DNA from: Treponemataceae bacterium
GTDB taxonomy: Bacteria; Spirochaetota; Spirochaetia; Treponematales; Rectinemataceae
Reading direction: 5' to 3'
DNA length: 64,000 nt
NCBI GenBank assembly: GCA_963677895.2
Contig: CAXXGJ010000038.1
Span: forward strand, 224,001 to 288,000
How positions within the stretch are numbered: the stretch's first letter is position 1; every line of letters starts with the position of its first letter. Both the position numbers and the translations under genes were made by a program. The notes below the pieces were generated by a model. The model saw only the letters and a list, made by a program, of their open reading frames with translations. It did not search any database and had not been told where the DNA came from. Below are positions 8,582 to 18,501 of the stretch, piece by piece.

Positions 8582-11389
8582 TTATTCAAAGAAGGCGCTC
8601 AGTTTCCTGTAGAGCAGGCCGATTTTTTCCTTCATCGCCGCGGAAACGCTGTCGTCGGCGGTCACGTCGGCCAGGTTTTCCAAGCTTGAGATGCTCTCGT
8701 TCAAGGCCGTATGGAAGCCCTTCGAGACTCTGAACCAGAAGACGCCGGCGCCGTCGGTATAGAGCGTGACGAAACCGAGCCGTTTGTCCTTGCCTTTGGG
8801 CATGGCGACCTGCAGTACGTGATCCAGGTTGTCGACGAGCTTCTCGAGATTTTCATGACTGAAAGAGGGATGCGCAGTCTCGGAGCTTCCGCCGATAACC
8901 GCCGAGGCTCCTTCCGCCGATTCCGCCTTTTCTCCGCGCTGAATCTCAAAATTCGCGCTTCGAGGCCAGTTCCTGCCCAGATCTTTCTCCAGGTCGAGCC
9001 AATCCTGAATCCTGATGATCGTCTCCAGCTTTTCGCCCTCGAGAAGGTGGTAACCCTTGTAACGCACCGTTCCCAGAAGCCCCTTGTACGCGGATCCGGC
9101 GTCCCTGTCGATATTTTCCCTCGCCAGTTTGAAAGTGTCCCAGGGCAGTACGGCCATTTTTTTCTTGCCGGAGGTTTTTTCCAGGTCGAAGACCTGTCCC
9201 CCAAGCTTGATCTTGTCGGTAAAATCGCGAGGTTCGCTTCTGCCTTCGCTCTCGGTGGCCTGCCTGCGTTTGGCGCGATCCTTCCTGCCGGCGTCCACCG
9301 CCTCTTCCTTTCGGCTGTCAACGATGGAGAGCAGCCTTTCGGCCACTATGAGCGAAATCTTGGAGAGGATGTCGCGCGGAAGCGGGGAGACGGACATGGC
9401 GTACATGCGCGTCGTCCTCACGATTTCGCCGGCGACGATAAAGTCGGGATTTTCCCGGAACATGACCGAGCCGGGGTGGATCGAAATCTTTTCGGCGGTA
9501 AGGGAACGGAAAAGTCCGCGTTCCTGGCGCGCGCAGACAAACTGGATTAGACCCCTGGAGACGGCGCAGAGATAGTCGTAGAGCGATCCGCCCCGCAGGA
9601 TGGGGACGCCCATATCCGACACGATGATCTCGAGCTGTTCCCTGATGCGGACAATCTCGCGCATCGTGCGTTCGTCCAGATAGTTCTTCTCGCAGAAACG
9701 AGTCTTGTCGGGAGCTGCCTGGAAGGCGTCGAATATGCGTAGATAGGAGACGAAGTCGCCCATGGGATCCCTGAACGCGTGGTGAGCCTTCCTGGCCTCC
9801 ATTTCCTCGCCCGGCGGCAGGACATAGGGGCTCATCGTGGAGAGAAAGGCCGAAGCCACGAGGGTTTCGTGGATCACGTCGGGATAATGCATTATGGATT
9901 CGACGATCATGCGCGAAAGCCTGGGCAGGAGGGGGAAAGCGCACATCATCTCGCCGATCTTGGAGAGGGTTTGGTCGCTTGAAAGGGAATCGAGGAGGTT
10001 GAGGACGTCTATGGCGCCGGCTATGCCGCTCTTGGGCGGCTTGGAGATGAAGTCGAAACTCGCGAAATCGGAAATTCCGAGTTCGGCCATTCTGAGGACG
10101 ACTTCCGAAAGGTCGGTCCGGTAGATTTCTTCCGTCGTGAAAAGCGGGCGGTTCTCGAATTCCTTCCGGGGATAGAGTCGGTAGCATATGCCCGGTCTCG
10201 TGCGCCCCGCCCTTCCCTTTCTCTGGTTGCAGGAGGCTTTGGATATGGGCGTCTCGATGAGGCTGGACGTGAAGGTGCGCGGATTGTAGTAATTGAGCTT
10301 GGCGAGCCCCGAGTCGATCACGACCGTGATTCCGTCTATCGTGACGCTGGTTTCGGCGATATTGGTCGCTATCACGATCTTCGTCTTGCCCTCGGGGGCG
10401 AGATCGAAGACCTTCCCCTGCTCGTCCTTGCCCAGACGCGCATAGAGGGGAACAATGTGGATTTTAGACGCGAGGGGGATGCCGGCGATGCGCATGGCGC
10501 ATTCCTTTATCGTTTTCTCCCCCGGAAGGAAAATCAGCATGTCCCCGGCTTCGCCTTCTTCCCTCTGTTCGAGGGAGCGGGTAACGATGGAGAGTATCTT
10601 GTCGTAGAGCGCTTCATCGCTGTACCGAAGCGGTGAGGCTGGCGCGCCGGAACCTCCGGGATTCGCCGCGGAACTGTCCCTGCTGTCCCTGCCGCCACGA
10701 AAGTCCCTGCCATCCCTTCTTCCGCCGTCGCGGCCGTCGCGGCCATCCCTGCCGCCGTGTCCGCGCGAAAAAGAGTCGCGGGGCCTTTCCTCCGCCTGGA
10801 CGGGCGGCTCGGCGATTGGGTCGTATATGAGGGTGACAGGATAGGTCTGCGTCTCTATCTTGACCACGGGGCACTCGCCGAAATACTGCGAAAACACCTC
10901 AGCGTTGATCGTCGCGGACGAAACTATGACCTTGAATGTGGGCCTGACTTCAAGGACCTTCTTAAGCAAACCCAGGATGAAGTCTATGTTGAGGCTGCGC
11001 TCATGCGCTTCATCCACCATTATCACATCGTACTTGGAGAGATAGGGATCGAGCTTCATTTCCTGGAGCAGGATGCCGTCGGTCATGACCTTTATTTTCG
11101 TCGAGGACGTGGTGACATCCTCGAAACGCATCTTGTAGCCCACGATACCAGGCTTTATGTCGCCCAGCTGGCGGCCTATAAAATCGCTCACCGAAAGTAC
11201 GGCGATGCGCCTGGGCTGGGTCACGCCTATGAGGCCATGGTCGGCATAGCCGGCTTCGTTCAGTATTATGGGGAGCTGTGTCGTCTTGCCCGAGCCGGTG
11301 GGGCTCTCTACGACGATCACCTGGTTTTCCTTGAGCGCGTCGAGGATCTTGTCTTTCTGCTGGTAAACGGGCAATTCATGAGGATTCAT
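8582..11389 (-). CDS. hrpA: DEAH-box ATP-dependent RNA helicase, HrpA family
   Basis: GSGKTTQ, TQPRR, DEAHER, SAT and QRKGRAGR motifs plus HA2 and OB regions; start taken at MNPHELPV. Confidence 0.92.
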   Translation of the reverse strand: MNPHELPVYQQKDKILDALKENQVIVVESPTGSGKTTQLPIILNEAGYADHGLIGVTQPRRIAVLSVSDFIGRQLGDIKPGIVGYKMRFEDVTTSSTKIKVMTDGILLQEMKLDPYLSKYDVIMVDEAHERSLNIDFILGLLKKVLEVRPTFKVIVSSATINAEVFSQYFGECPVVKIETQTYPVTLIYDPIAEPPVQAEERPRDSFSRGHGGRDGRDGRDGGRRDGRDFRGGRDSRDSSAANPGGSGAPASPLRYSDEALYDKILSIVTRSLEQREEGEAGDMLIFLPGEKTIKECAMRIAGIPLASKIHIVPLYARLGKDEQGKVFDLAPEGKTKIVIATNIAETSVTIDGITVVIDSGLAKLNYYNPRTFTSSLIETPISKASCNQRKGRAGRTRPGICYRLYPRKEFENRPLFTTEEIYRTDLSEVVLRMAELGISDFASFDFISKPPKSGIAGAIDVLNLLDSLSSDQTLSKIGEMMCAFPLLPRLSRMIVESIMHYPDVIHETLVASAFLSTMSPYVLPPGEEMEARKAHHAFRDPMGDFVSYLRIFDAFQAAPDKTRFCEKNYLDERTMREIVRIREQLEIIVSDMGVPILRGGSLYDYLCAVSRGLIQFVCARQERGLFRSLTAEKISIHPGSVMFRENPDFIVAGEIVRTTRMYAMSVSPLPRDILSKISLIVAERLLSIVDSRKEEAVDAGRKDRAKRRQATESEGRSEPRDFTDKIKLGGQVFDLEKTSGKKKMAVLPWDTFKLARENIDRDAGSAYKGLLGTVRYKGYHLLEGEKLETIIRIQDWLDLEKDLGRNWPRSANFEIQRGEKAESAEGASAVIGGSSETAHPSFSHENLEKLVDNLDHVLQVAMPKGKDKRLGFVTLYTDGAGVFWFRVSKGFHTALNESISSLENLADVTADDSVSAAMKEKIGLLYRKLSAFFE

Positions 11390-11502
11390 TCGACAATGAT
11401 ACACGAAACGCAGAATCTTTGCCACAGGAGCGTGAATAGAGGCTTCCCAGACCTCCCCTTAGGTTTATGCTCCCGCTTTTCCCATGCTATACTTCGGCCA
11501 TC

Positions 11503-12759
11503 ATGGTTTCCTATCCAGTCATCGCCTACATTCTCATCGTCATAGCCTTCGCGGGCATAGCGGCGGGCAGGCTGCCCCGCCTGGCGATGAACAGGGCGAG
11601 CATAGCGCTCTGCGCCGCGATTCTCCTTATCCTGGCGGGAGGAATCACGGCCGAATCCGCCTTCAAGGCGATAGACGTCGAGACGATAACCCTCCTCCTC
11701 GCGATGATGATACTCGTGGCAAACCTGAGACTTTCGGGATTTTTCTATCTCGCCGGGGCGAAGGTCCTCTCCCTCGCCAAATCGCCCAGAGTATTCCTCG
11801 CCATCGTCGTCCTGGCTTCGGGGCTGCTCTCCGCCCTCTTTCTCAACGACACGATCTGCATCATGCTCACGCCCCTCGTGGCCGAAGTCGCGAGAAGATC
11901 CGGACGGGACGGAAAACCCTACCTCATAGGCCTCGCCACGGCGGCGAACGCCGGATCCTGCGCCACCGCCATCGGCAACCCCCAGAACATGCTCATCGCT
12001 TCCCAATCTGGAATTCCCTTTTTCGAATTTACCGCATGGCTCGCCCCGCCTTCCTTTCTCGCTATGGGCTTTTGCTACCTGGCGACCATTCTCGTGTTCG
12101 CGAAGGAGTTTTCGGCCGAGACTTCCTCGATGCTGCCGGCTGGTGGTCTTCAGGCCAGTTCCTCGTCGAAACACGACAGTGTGGATAAAAGACTGATGAT
12201 AAAGAGCCTCGTCGCAGCGGCCATCCTCCTCGCGCTCCTGGCCTTCGGCGCGCGGACGAGCGTGGCGGCCTTGGCCTCGGCTGGCTTCCTCATGATTTCC
12301 CGGCGGATTCATCCGGAGAAAGTCTTCGCGGAAGTGGACTTCAGCCTCCTCGTCTTTTTCTCCGGCCTCTTCATCCTGACGAACGCGGTGGCTGACACGC
12401 CTCTCTTCGACCGATTCATGCGCTGGGTCCTGCCTTACCTGAGCAAGCCCGGAGCCGCCTTCGCGCTCGCGATCGCCTTCGCCTCCAACGTGGTCTCCAA
12501 CGTGCCCGCGGTGATGCTCCTTTCTCCCGTGGCACGCGGATTCGAGAATTCGGGCACCGCGTGGCTGATGCTGGCCATGGCCAGCACCTATGCCGGGAAC
12601 CTCACCCTCCTGGGTTCCGTCGCGAACCTCATAGTGGCGGATCAGGGCGAGAAGGCCGGCATCAAGGTGGGCTTTTTCGACTACCTGAAAGTCGGCCTGC
12701 CGGTGACGGTCGCCTCGATCGCCGCCGGAACGATCTGGCTGACGATGTTCCGGCCGTGA
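11503..12759 (+). CDS. Anion permease, ArsB/NhaD/CitM (ion transporter) superfamily
   Basis: SALFLNDT, TAIGNPQN, SNVVSNVPA and GNLTLLGSVANLIV repeats; many transmembrane helices. Confidence 0.85.
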   Translation: MVSYPVIAYILIVIAFAGIAAGRLPRLAMNRASIALCAAILLILAGGITAESAFKAIDVETITLLLAMMILVANLRLSGFFYLAGAKVLSLAKSPRVFLAIVVLASGLLSALFLNDTICIMLTPLVAEVARRSGRDGKPYLIGLATAANAGSCATAIGNPQNMLIASQSGIPFFEFTAWLAPPSFLAMGFCYLATILVFAKEFSAETSSMLPAGGLQASSSSKHDSVDKRLMIKSLVAAAILLALLAFGARTSVAALASAGFLMISRRIHPEKVFAEVDFSLLVFFSGLFILTNAVADTPLFDRFMRWVLPYLSKPGAAFALAIAFASNVVSNVPAVMLLSPVARGFENSGTAWLMLAMASTYAGNLTLLGSVANLIVADQGEKAGIKVGFFDYLKVGLPVTVASIAAGTIWLTMFRP

Positions 12760-12832
12760 ACCGGACCGATAATGTTCTGGCGCGAGCCAGGCTGACGATA
12801 TTCCGGCGCGAGCCGGAAAGGGAAAGGAATTT

Positions 12833-14137
12833 ATGACGTCGATTTGGGATGACATCAGCCCCGCCCCGGATGATGACGAAGCGAAACCCTCCGCCCGTTC
12901 GGGGAGATCCGTCCTCAGTGTCGGAGCTCTCACCACTCTCATAAAGAACAGCCTCGAGACATCCTTTTCCTCGATATCCGTGGAGGGCGAGGTGTCGGGC
13001 TCGAAGCTCTCCTCCTCGGGGCACCTCTACTTTTCGCTCAAGGACAAGGACGCCATGGTTCAGGCGGTCATGTTCAAGTTCCGCCTGGCCGACCTGGATT
13101 TCGAACTCGGTGACGGGATGAAGGTGATTGCGAGAGGTTCGATTTCTGTCTACGCGGCGCGCGGACAGTACCAGCTCATCGTCCAGTCGATGCGGAAATC
13201 GGGGGTGGGCGATATCCTGGCCATGCTGGAAGAGAGAAAGCGGCGCCTCGCCGCGGAGGGGCTTTTCGACCAGGACAGGAAAAAAGCCCTGCCGAGGTTC
13301 CCTTCCAGGGTGGCCGTCGTCACGAGCCCTACGGGAGCCGCTTTCCGCGACATTCTCAATGTCTTGGGCAGGAGGAACGCCGGCACCGACGTACTGCTTC
13401 TGCCCGCCCCCGTGCAGGGGGAGGACGCGGCCGGCATCATAGCGGCCCGCATCAGGCAGGCGAACAGGCTGAAGCTGGCCGATGTGCTCATCGTTGGCCG
13501 CGGGGGCGGGTCGCCGGAGGATCTCCTCGCGTTTTCGGACGAGCTCGTGATCCGCGCCATAGCCGCCTCGACAATTCCCGTAATCAGCGCCGTCGGCCAC
13601 GAAATAGACTGGGCCTTGAGCGACTTCGCCGCCGATGTGCGCGCGCCTACTCCGTCGGCAGCCGCCGAACTGGTGGCCGAGAGCCGTGAAATACTGCAGC
13701 GGGAGGTAGCCCAGTTCGGCGGCGCCCTCGAATCGGCGGTGCGCTCTCGCATCGACTACGCGCGCATGGCCCTCTCCACCTTCGCGCCCGAAGACGTGGA
13801 AGCGCGTTTCATGCGCATCTTCATGCCCGTCGCCCGTCGTCTCGACGACGCAGGGGACGATCTGGGCGCCGGCATGACCTTGCTCCTGAGCGACAGAGAA
13901 CATCGCGTCGCCCTTTGCGACACGAGCATGGAGCTGGCGAGCCCCATGGCCGTCCTCAGGCGCGGCTACTCCATCGTGCGCCAGGCCGCGTCGGAGACGG
14001 CGGGCTTAAATCAGGATCCGCCGCTCGGTTCGGGCGCGATCGTCCGAGCCGCCTCGCAACTTCATAAGGATGAATCGCTTCAGATTGTTTTTTCGTCGGG
14101 CAAGGCCCGCGTAGAGGTCAGGGAGGTAAAGCCGTGA
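12833..14137 (+). CDS. xseA: Exodeoxyribonuclease VII large subunit
   Basis: SGHLYFSLKD, GRGGGS, SAVGHE and APTPSAAAE motifs. Confidence 0.97.
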   Translation: MTSIWDDISPAPDDDEAKPSARSGRSVLSVGALTTLIKNSLETSFSSISVEGEVSGSKLSSSGHLYFSLKDKDAMVQAVMFKFRLADLDFELGDGMKVIARGSISVYAARGQYQLIVQSMRKSGVGDILAMLEERKRRLAAEGLFDQDRKKALPRFPSRVAVVTSPTGAAFRDILNVLGRRNAGTDVLLLPAPVQGEDAAGIIAARIRQANRLKLADVLIVGRGGGSPEDLLAFSDELVIRAIAASTIPVISAVGHEIDWALSDFAADVRAPTPSAAAELVAESREILQREVAQFGGALESAVRSRIDYARMALSTFAPEDVEARFMRIFMPVARRLDDAGDDLGAGMTLLLSDREHRVALCDTSMELASPMAVLRRGYSIVRQAASETAGLNQDPPLGSGAIVRAASQLHKDESLQIVFSSGKARVEVREVKP

Positions 14138-14367
14138 AAGATTTCGAATCCCGCCTGGAAAGGCTGGAAGAACTGGCGGAAAAGATAAAGGATCAGGATC
14201 TTCCCCTCGAAGAAGCCATAAAAGTATTCGAGGAAGGCATAAAGCTGTCCAAGGGTTTGAAAAAAGAGCTGGATAAGATTCAGGGCAGGGTTGAGATGCT
14301 CATAAGCTCACCGGAAGAGAACGCCAAACCGGAATTCACCCTCTTCGATCCCGTCAAGGAAGAGTAA
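14134..14367 (+). CDS. xseB: Exodeoxyribonuclease VII small subunit
   Basis: FESRLERLEEL...LPLEEAIKVFEEGIKL; overlaps the xseA stop. Confidence 0.93.
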   Translation: MKDFESRLERLEELAEKIKDQDLPLEEAIKVFEEGIKLSKGLKKELDKIQGRVEMLISSPEENAKPEFTLFDPVKEE

Positions 14368-14737
14368 TGAAAGGCAGGAGGTTCCTGTCGCTGTCAGCCA
14401 GATCGATGGCGGCCAGCTCCTCGAGCCTCAGCCAGGCGATATCGCTGTGTTCCCTCAGCACCAGGATGCTTTCCTGAGGGATTTCCACAAGCCATGCGGC
14501 TAGTTCCCATGATCCAGAAGCGCTAAGAAAGCTGCTCGTTCCTATGATGCGCAATGGCACGACGTCGATGCCCAATTCTTCATCGAATTCCCGCTTGAGG
14601 GCATTTTCGTCGGTTTCGCCTTCTTCGACTTTTCCTCCGGGAAATTCCCAGCGAAGACCAATCGGCCCGCCTTCCACGCGCTTCGCGACGAGAATTCTGT
14701 CATTCCGTACGGCGATTCCGGCTACAGAGCGCTTCAC
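14354..14737 (-). CDS. NUDIX hydrolase (MutT-like)
   Basis: Nudix box WEFPGGKVEEGET...REFDEELG. Confidence 0.9.
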   Translation of the reverse strand: MKRSVAGIAVRNDRILVAKRVEGGPIGLRWEFPGGKVEEGETDENALKREFDEELGIDVVPLRIIGTSSFLSASGSWELAAWLVEIPQESILVLREHSDIAWLRLEELAAIDLADSDRNLLPFITLP

Positions 14738-14762
14738 CAGATAGTCTCCTTAGGTTCGGTGA

Positions 14763-15185
14763 TCAGAGGAAAAGCACCATCGGGAACAGGAAATGAACTA
14801 TGCCCGCGATTATCCCAGCATACCCTATCGGGACCTTGTATGAAACAAGGACCTTCTCGATGTGAGCGCCAATGGTTCCTCTGTGCATGAAGGGCAGATG
14901 GGCATCGTCGGAAAGTTCCAGCAAGAGAGCCGCTCCCACGATAATCCCCGCGGTAGCCGGCAAAAAATCGCCGATTATGGGAATGTCGCCGCGAAGCGCG
15001 AATAGGAGCTTCAGGACGCCGGTGGCCAGCGATAGCACTGCGAGCGAGAGTCTCAATCCCTTGTCGGCGATCATCATTCGCGCGCCCTGAAGGATGGGCG
15101 ACGTTGACGACTCCGAATATTTCGAGGCGAGCGCGTAGCCGCAGAGTATATTCAGGATAACCGATAAAAAATAGAATTGTATCAT
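14763..15185 (-). CDS. Hypothetical membrane protein (about 4 TM helices)
   Basis: Four hydrophobic segments; co-oriented with flanking genes. Confidence 0.75.
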   Translation of the reverse strand: MIQFYFLSVILNILCGYALASKYSESSTSPILQGARMMIADKGLRLSLAVLSLATGVLKLLFALRGDIPIIGDFLPATAGIIVGAALLLELSDDAHLPFMHRGTIGAHIEKVLVSYKVPIGYAGIIAGIVHFLFPMVLFL

Positions 15186-15234
15186 GGTTTAGCCGTCCGG
15201 TGATCCCTACCCTAACGAGAATAAGCATATACGG

Positions 15235-16851
15235 TCAAGGGTAAGCCCTCGCCCTTTCCGCTTCTTCGTGAAGGACCAGAGAACATTCCGCCGCAAGATC
15301 CGATGACTCGAACCAGCCCTTGCTGAGCGCCAGTCTCTTCCCGGCGCGGCCGTGGGCTATGACGGCGCAGGAAGCCGAATCCTCAAGCGCTTTCCAGACA
15401 GTCTCTCTATCACGTGTTTCGCCTGTTCCCGAACGTTTCATCTGCGCCATTTTTCCTGCCGCGACGCCGACGAGAATGCCGGCGAGCACGTCGCCGGTTC
15501 CGGCCGTGCCCAATTCCGGTGTCAGTCCTTCATAGACGGCCGTCTTCCAGCTCGGCGAGAGTATCCAGGTGGTATGGCTCTTAAAGACGGTTATCATGCC
15601 GAGGCTTTCGCACACTTTCCTCATGCTTTCCCAGTCGCCCGTTTCCTGCGATACATGGAGCGATTCCGCCAAGGCGGCGAACTCGCCTGAATGCGGGGTT
15701 ACGATACAAGGCGCTTTCATGTCGCGGAGGAGTTGGGTATGCGAGGCGAGGATGCGGATGGCGTCGGCGTCGAGAACGAGAGGGATATCCAATCCGAAGA
15801 GCTTCTCGAGCGTCTTCAGTCTATCCTCGCCCTGTCCCCACCCCGGGCCAGCGAGGATGGCGTCGCACTTTTCTATGTCCAGTTTTTCAGTCATAGGTTT
15901 GACGACGACGGACTCCAGAGTCGGCGCGATGACGGGGTAGACCGCTTCGTCGACATAGAGCGTCACATACCCGGCGCCCGAGGCCAGCGCCGCCTTGGCG
16001 CAGAGCTGCGCCGCGCCTATGGAACCGATGGATCCAGCGAATATGGCGAGCCGTCCCCTGCTCATCTTGTAGCCGTCATTCTCTATTCTCGGGATGAAGA
16101 GGCCGAGGTCCCGGTCTTCGATGAGCGCCATATCGCCGTATTCATGAACAAGGTTTTCCGGAAACACATCTGAGACGGCGATGAGATCGCCGCATGACGG
16201 CCGGCTGCCCGGAAGATAGCAGACCGCCTTTACCGGTTCCAGGCCAAGCGTGATATCGGCTATGACGCAGGGGTGATCCTTCCGCCAGCCGTCGCCCAGT
16301 CCCGAAGGCATATCCACCGAGACGACAAGGGCCGCCCCGTCCTCCTTGAGCGCGTTCAGTCTTTCTATCATCGATCTCGCTTCGCCGGAGGCAGGACCTT
16401 TGAGTCCCGTTCCCAGTATGCCGTCTATGATTATGTCGGCTTGGGATAATAGCGGGTCAGGCTCTAAACCCAGGTTTTTTCCGGGATTCTCCGGCTCGAT
16501 CCACCGGATCGCGGTCATTCCCGCGGCGATGACGCTTTCCCATTGTTTTTTTGCGCTTTCGCTCATTTCCCTGGCCGAGACCAGGGCTTCAAGATTCCTG
16601 TATCCGGCCGAAAAGGCGTGACGAAGGATGGCGAGGGCGTCTCCCCCGTTGTCACCTTTGCCGCAGAGGGCGACAATGCGGATACCTTTGCCTTTTTCCC
16701 GTAAATCGGGTCTCGCGGCGATGATGGAGGCCAGCTTGTCCCATATCCTGAGCGAGGCCTTTTCCATGAGCTGGAGAGAACTCAAGGCCAACGCGGCTTT
16801 CGTGGCCGAGTCCAGGGCGCCGGACTCTTCACAGGTAACCAGTGTTTTCAT
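15235..16851 (-). CDS. nnr: Bifunctional NAD(P)H-hydrate epimerase/dehydratase (YjeF_N plus YjeF_C)
   Basis: LMEKAS, GKGDNGGD, DGILGTG, GPGWG, LDADA, TPHSGEF and GTGDVLAG motifs. Confidence 0.92.
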   Translation of the reverse strand: MKTLVTCEESGALDSATKAALALSSLQLMEKASLRIWDKLASIIAARPDLREKGKGIRIVALCGKGDNGGDALAILRHAFSAGYRNLEALVSAREMSESAKKQWESVIAAGMTAIRWIEPENPGKNLGLEPDPLLSQADIIIDGILGTGLKGPASGEARSMIERLNALKEDGAALVVSVDMPSGLGDGWRKDHPCVIADITLGLEPVKAVCYLPGSRPSCGDLIAVSDVFPENLVHEYGDMALIEDRDLGLFIPRIENDGYKMSRGRLAIFAGSIGSIGAAQLCAKAALASGAGYVTLYVDEAVYPVIAPTLESVVVKPMTEKLDIEKCDAILAGPGWGQGEDRLKTLEKLFGLDIPLVLDADAIRILASHTQLLRDMKAPCIVTPHSGEFAALAESLHVSQETGDWESMRKVCESLGMITVFKSHTTWILSPSWKTAVYEGLTPELGTAGTGDVLAGILVGVAAGKMAQMKRSGTGETRDRETVWKALEDSASCAVIAHGRAGKRLALSKGWFESSDLAAECSLVLHEEAERARAYP

Positions 16852-18470
16852 GACGCGCCTCCTCCGGCAATCGCGGTGGCTATGGCTTCCGCCACCTTGA
16901 TTCCGTCCATTGCCGCCGACATTATGCCGCCTGCATAGCCGCAGCCCTCCCCGCAGGGAAAAAGTCCCGATACGCTGCTTTGCATCCCTTCATCCCTCAA
17001 AATTCTTACGGGGGAAGAAGTCCTCGTCTCCACCCCGGTCAGGATGGCGTCAGGATGGGCAAATCCCTTGATTTTCCTGTCGAATGCCGGCACGCTTTCC
17101 TTGATCGATTCGGTCACAAAGCCAGGCAGGCAGGCGTTGAGATCGGCTAAACTCGTGGATCCTTTTGAGCGGGGCGTGATGCTTCCGAAGCTCGCGGAGC
17201 ATTTGCCCGCGATGAAATCCCGCAGCGTCTGCACGGGCATGGCAAAGCCGCCTTCTTTCGGATTCGCCGCGGCATAGGCGGCTTTTTCCCAGGTTCGCTG
17301 GAATTCCATGCCGGCCAGCAGGCTATCGCACCCGAAGTCCTCGGTTCTGACGGCGGCCACTATGGCGGAGTTGGCGTTTTTTTCGTTCCGGGCGAAATTG
17401 CTCATGCCATTACAGACCACCATGCCCCTTTCCGAGCTGGAATTCACGACAAAGCCACCCGGGCACATGCAGAAGCTGTAGACGCCTCGTCCTTTGGTCG
17501 TCTGATAGGTGAGCTTGTAGTCGGCGGTCGGGAGGCGGGGATTTTTCCAGGAGGCTCCGAACTGGGCTTTCTGGATCAAGTCCTGCGGGTGCTCGATCCT
17601 GAGTCCTATGGCGAAGGGTTTCTGTTCCATGCGAACGACGCCGCGCGATAGTTCCTCGAAGGTATCTCTGGCGCTGTGCCCGATGGCCAGAACGACGGTG
17701 GTGGCTTCGATTTTTTCACTGCCGTTCAGCCAGACGGCGCTGATTTTTCCGTCCTTGATCTCGAAGGAGGTTGCCTTGGAGCGGAAGCGGACTTCCCCGC
17801 CGAGATTTTCAATTTTTTTCCTGATATTTTTGACGACGCCTACGAGGTAGTCCGTTCCGATATGAGGTTTGTTGATAAAGGCTATTTCCGGAGGCGCGCC
17901 TGCTTCCAGGAACTCCTCGATCACTTTCCGGTTGCGGTGGAGCTGGTCGCCTACCGATGTATTGAGTTTGCCGTCGGAAAAGGTTCCCGCGCCTCCTTCG
18001 CCGAACTGCATATTGGAATCGGGGTCCAGAATGCCCGATTTCCAGAAAAGATTGACCGAACGCATCCGCGATTCGACATCTTCCCCACGCTCGAGGACGA
18101 TAGGCTTGAAGCCGTTTTCGGCCAACAGCAGCGCGCAAAAAAGGCCCGCTGGACCGCCTCCCACTACTACAACTCGGCGCTTCGCGGTTTCTTTTCCGGC
18201 TTGGTCGACAGGGAATCTATAGCCTTCCTCTATGCCCAAGGGGAGAATATCTTTCCCGACGCGGTTTTGACTCAAGTTCTTTTTCGATTCGACATCCACG
18301 GAATAGATGACTCTGATGGAGGTCTTCTCCCTGGCGTCGAAAGACTTCCTGACGATGCCCCATGAGGCGATTTCATCGAGCCTGGTCCCCAGGATGGCGC
18401 AGATAGCCTTTTCGATGGCTTTGTCGTCGTGGTCCAGATGCATCTTCAGCTGCTGAATCCTGTACTTCAT
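16848..18470 (-). CDS. Uncharacterised FAD-dependent oxidoreductase
   Basis: GGGPAG Rossmann motif plus FGEGGAGTFSDGKL, SFCMCPGG, GVETRTSSP and GEGCGYAGGI. Confidence 0.85.
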   Translation of the reverse strand: MKYRIQQLKMHLDHDDKAIEKAICAILGTRLDEIASWGIVRKSFDAREKTSIRVIYSVDVESKKNLSQNRVGKDILPLGIEEGYRFPVDQAGKETAKRRVVVVGGGPAGLFCALLLAENGFKPIVLERGEDVESRMRSVNLFWKSGILDPDSNMQFGEGGAGTFSDGKLNTSVGDQLHRNRKVIEEFLEAGAPPEIAFINKPHIGTDYLVGVVKNIRKKIENLGGEVRFRSKATSFEIKDGKISAVWLNGSEKIEATTVVLAIGHSARDTFEELSRGVVRMEQKPFAIGLRIEHPQDLIQKAQFGASWKNPRLPTADYKLTYQTTKGRGVYSFCMCPGGFVVNSSSERGMVVCNGMSNFARNEKNANSAIVAAVRTEDFGCDSLLAGMEFQRTWEKAAYAAANPKEGGFAMPVQTLRDFIAGKCSASFGSITPRSKGSTSLADLNACLPGFVTESIKESVPAFDRKIKGFAHPDAILTGVETRTSSPVRILRDEGMQSSVSGLFPCGEGCGYAGGIMSAAMDGIKVAEAIATAIAGGGAS

Positions 18471-18501
18471 CGTGAGCTTGGCTCCTTGGAAAAGGGCATT
18501 T

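Noticed and set aside
14354..14367. Convergent 3' overlap of xseB and the NUDIX gene
   Set aside because: Short tail-to-tail overlaps are common in compact genomes.
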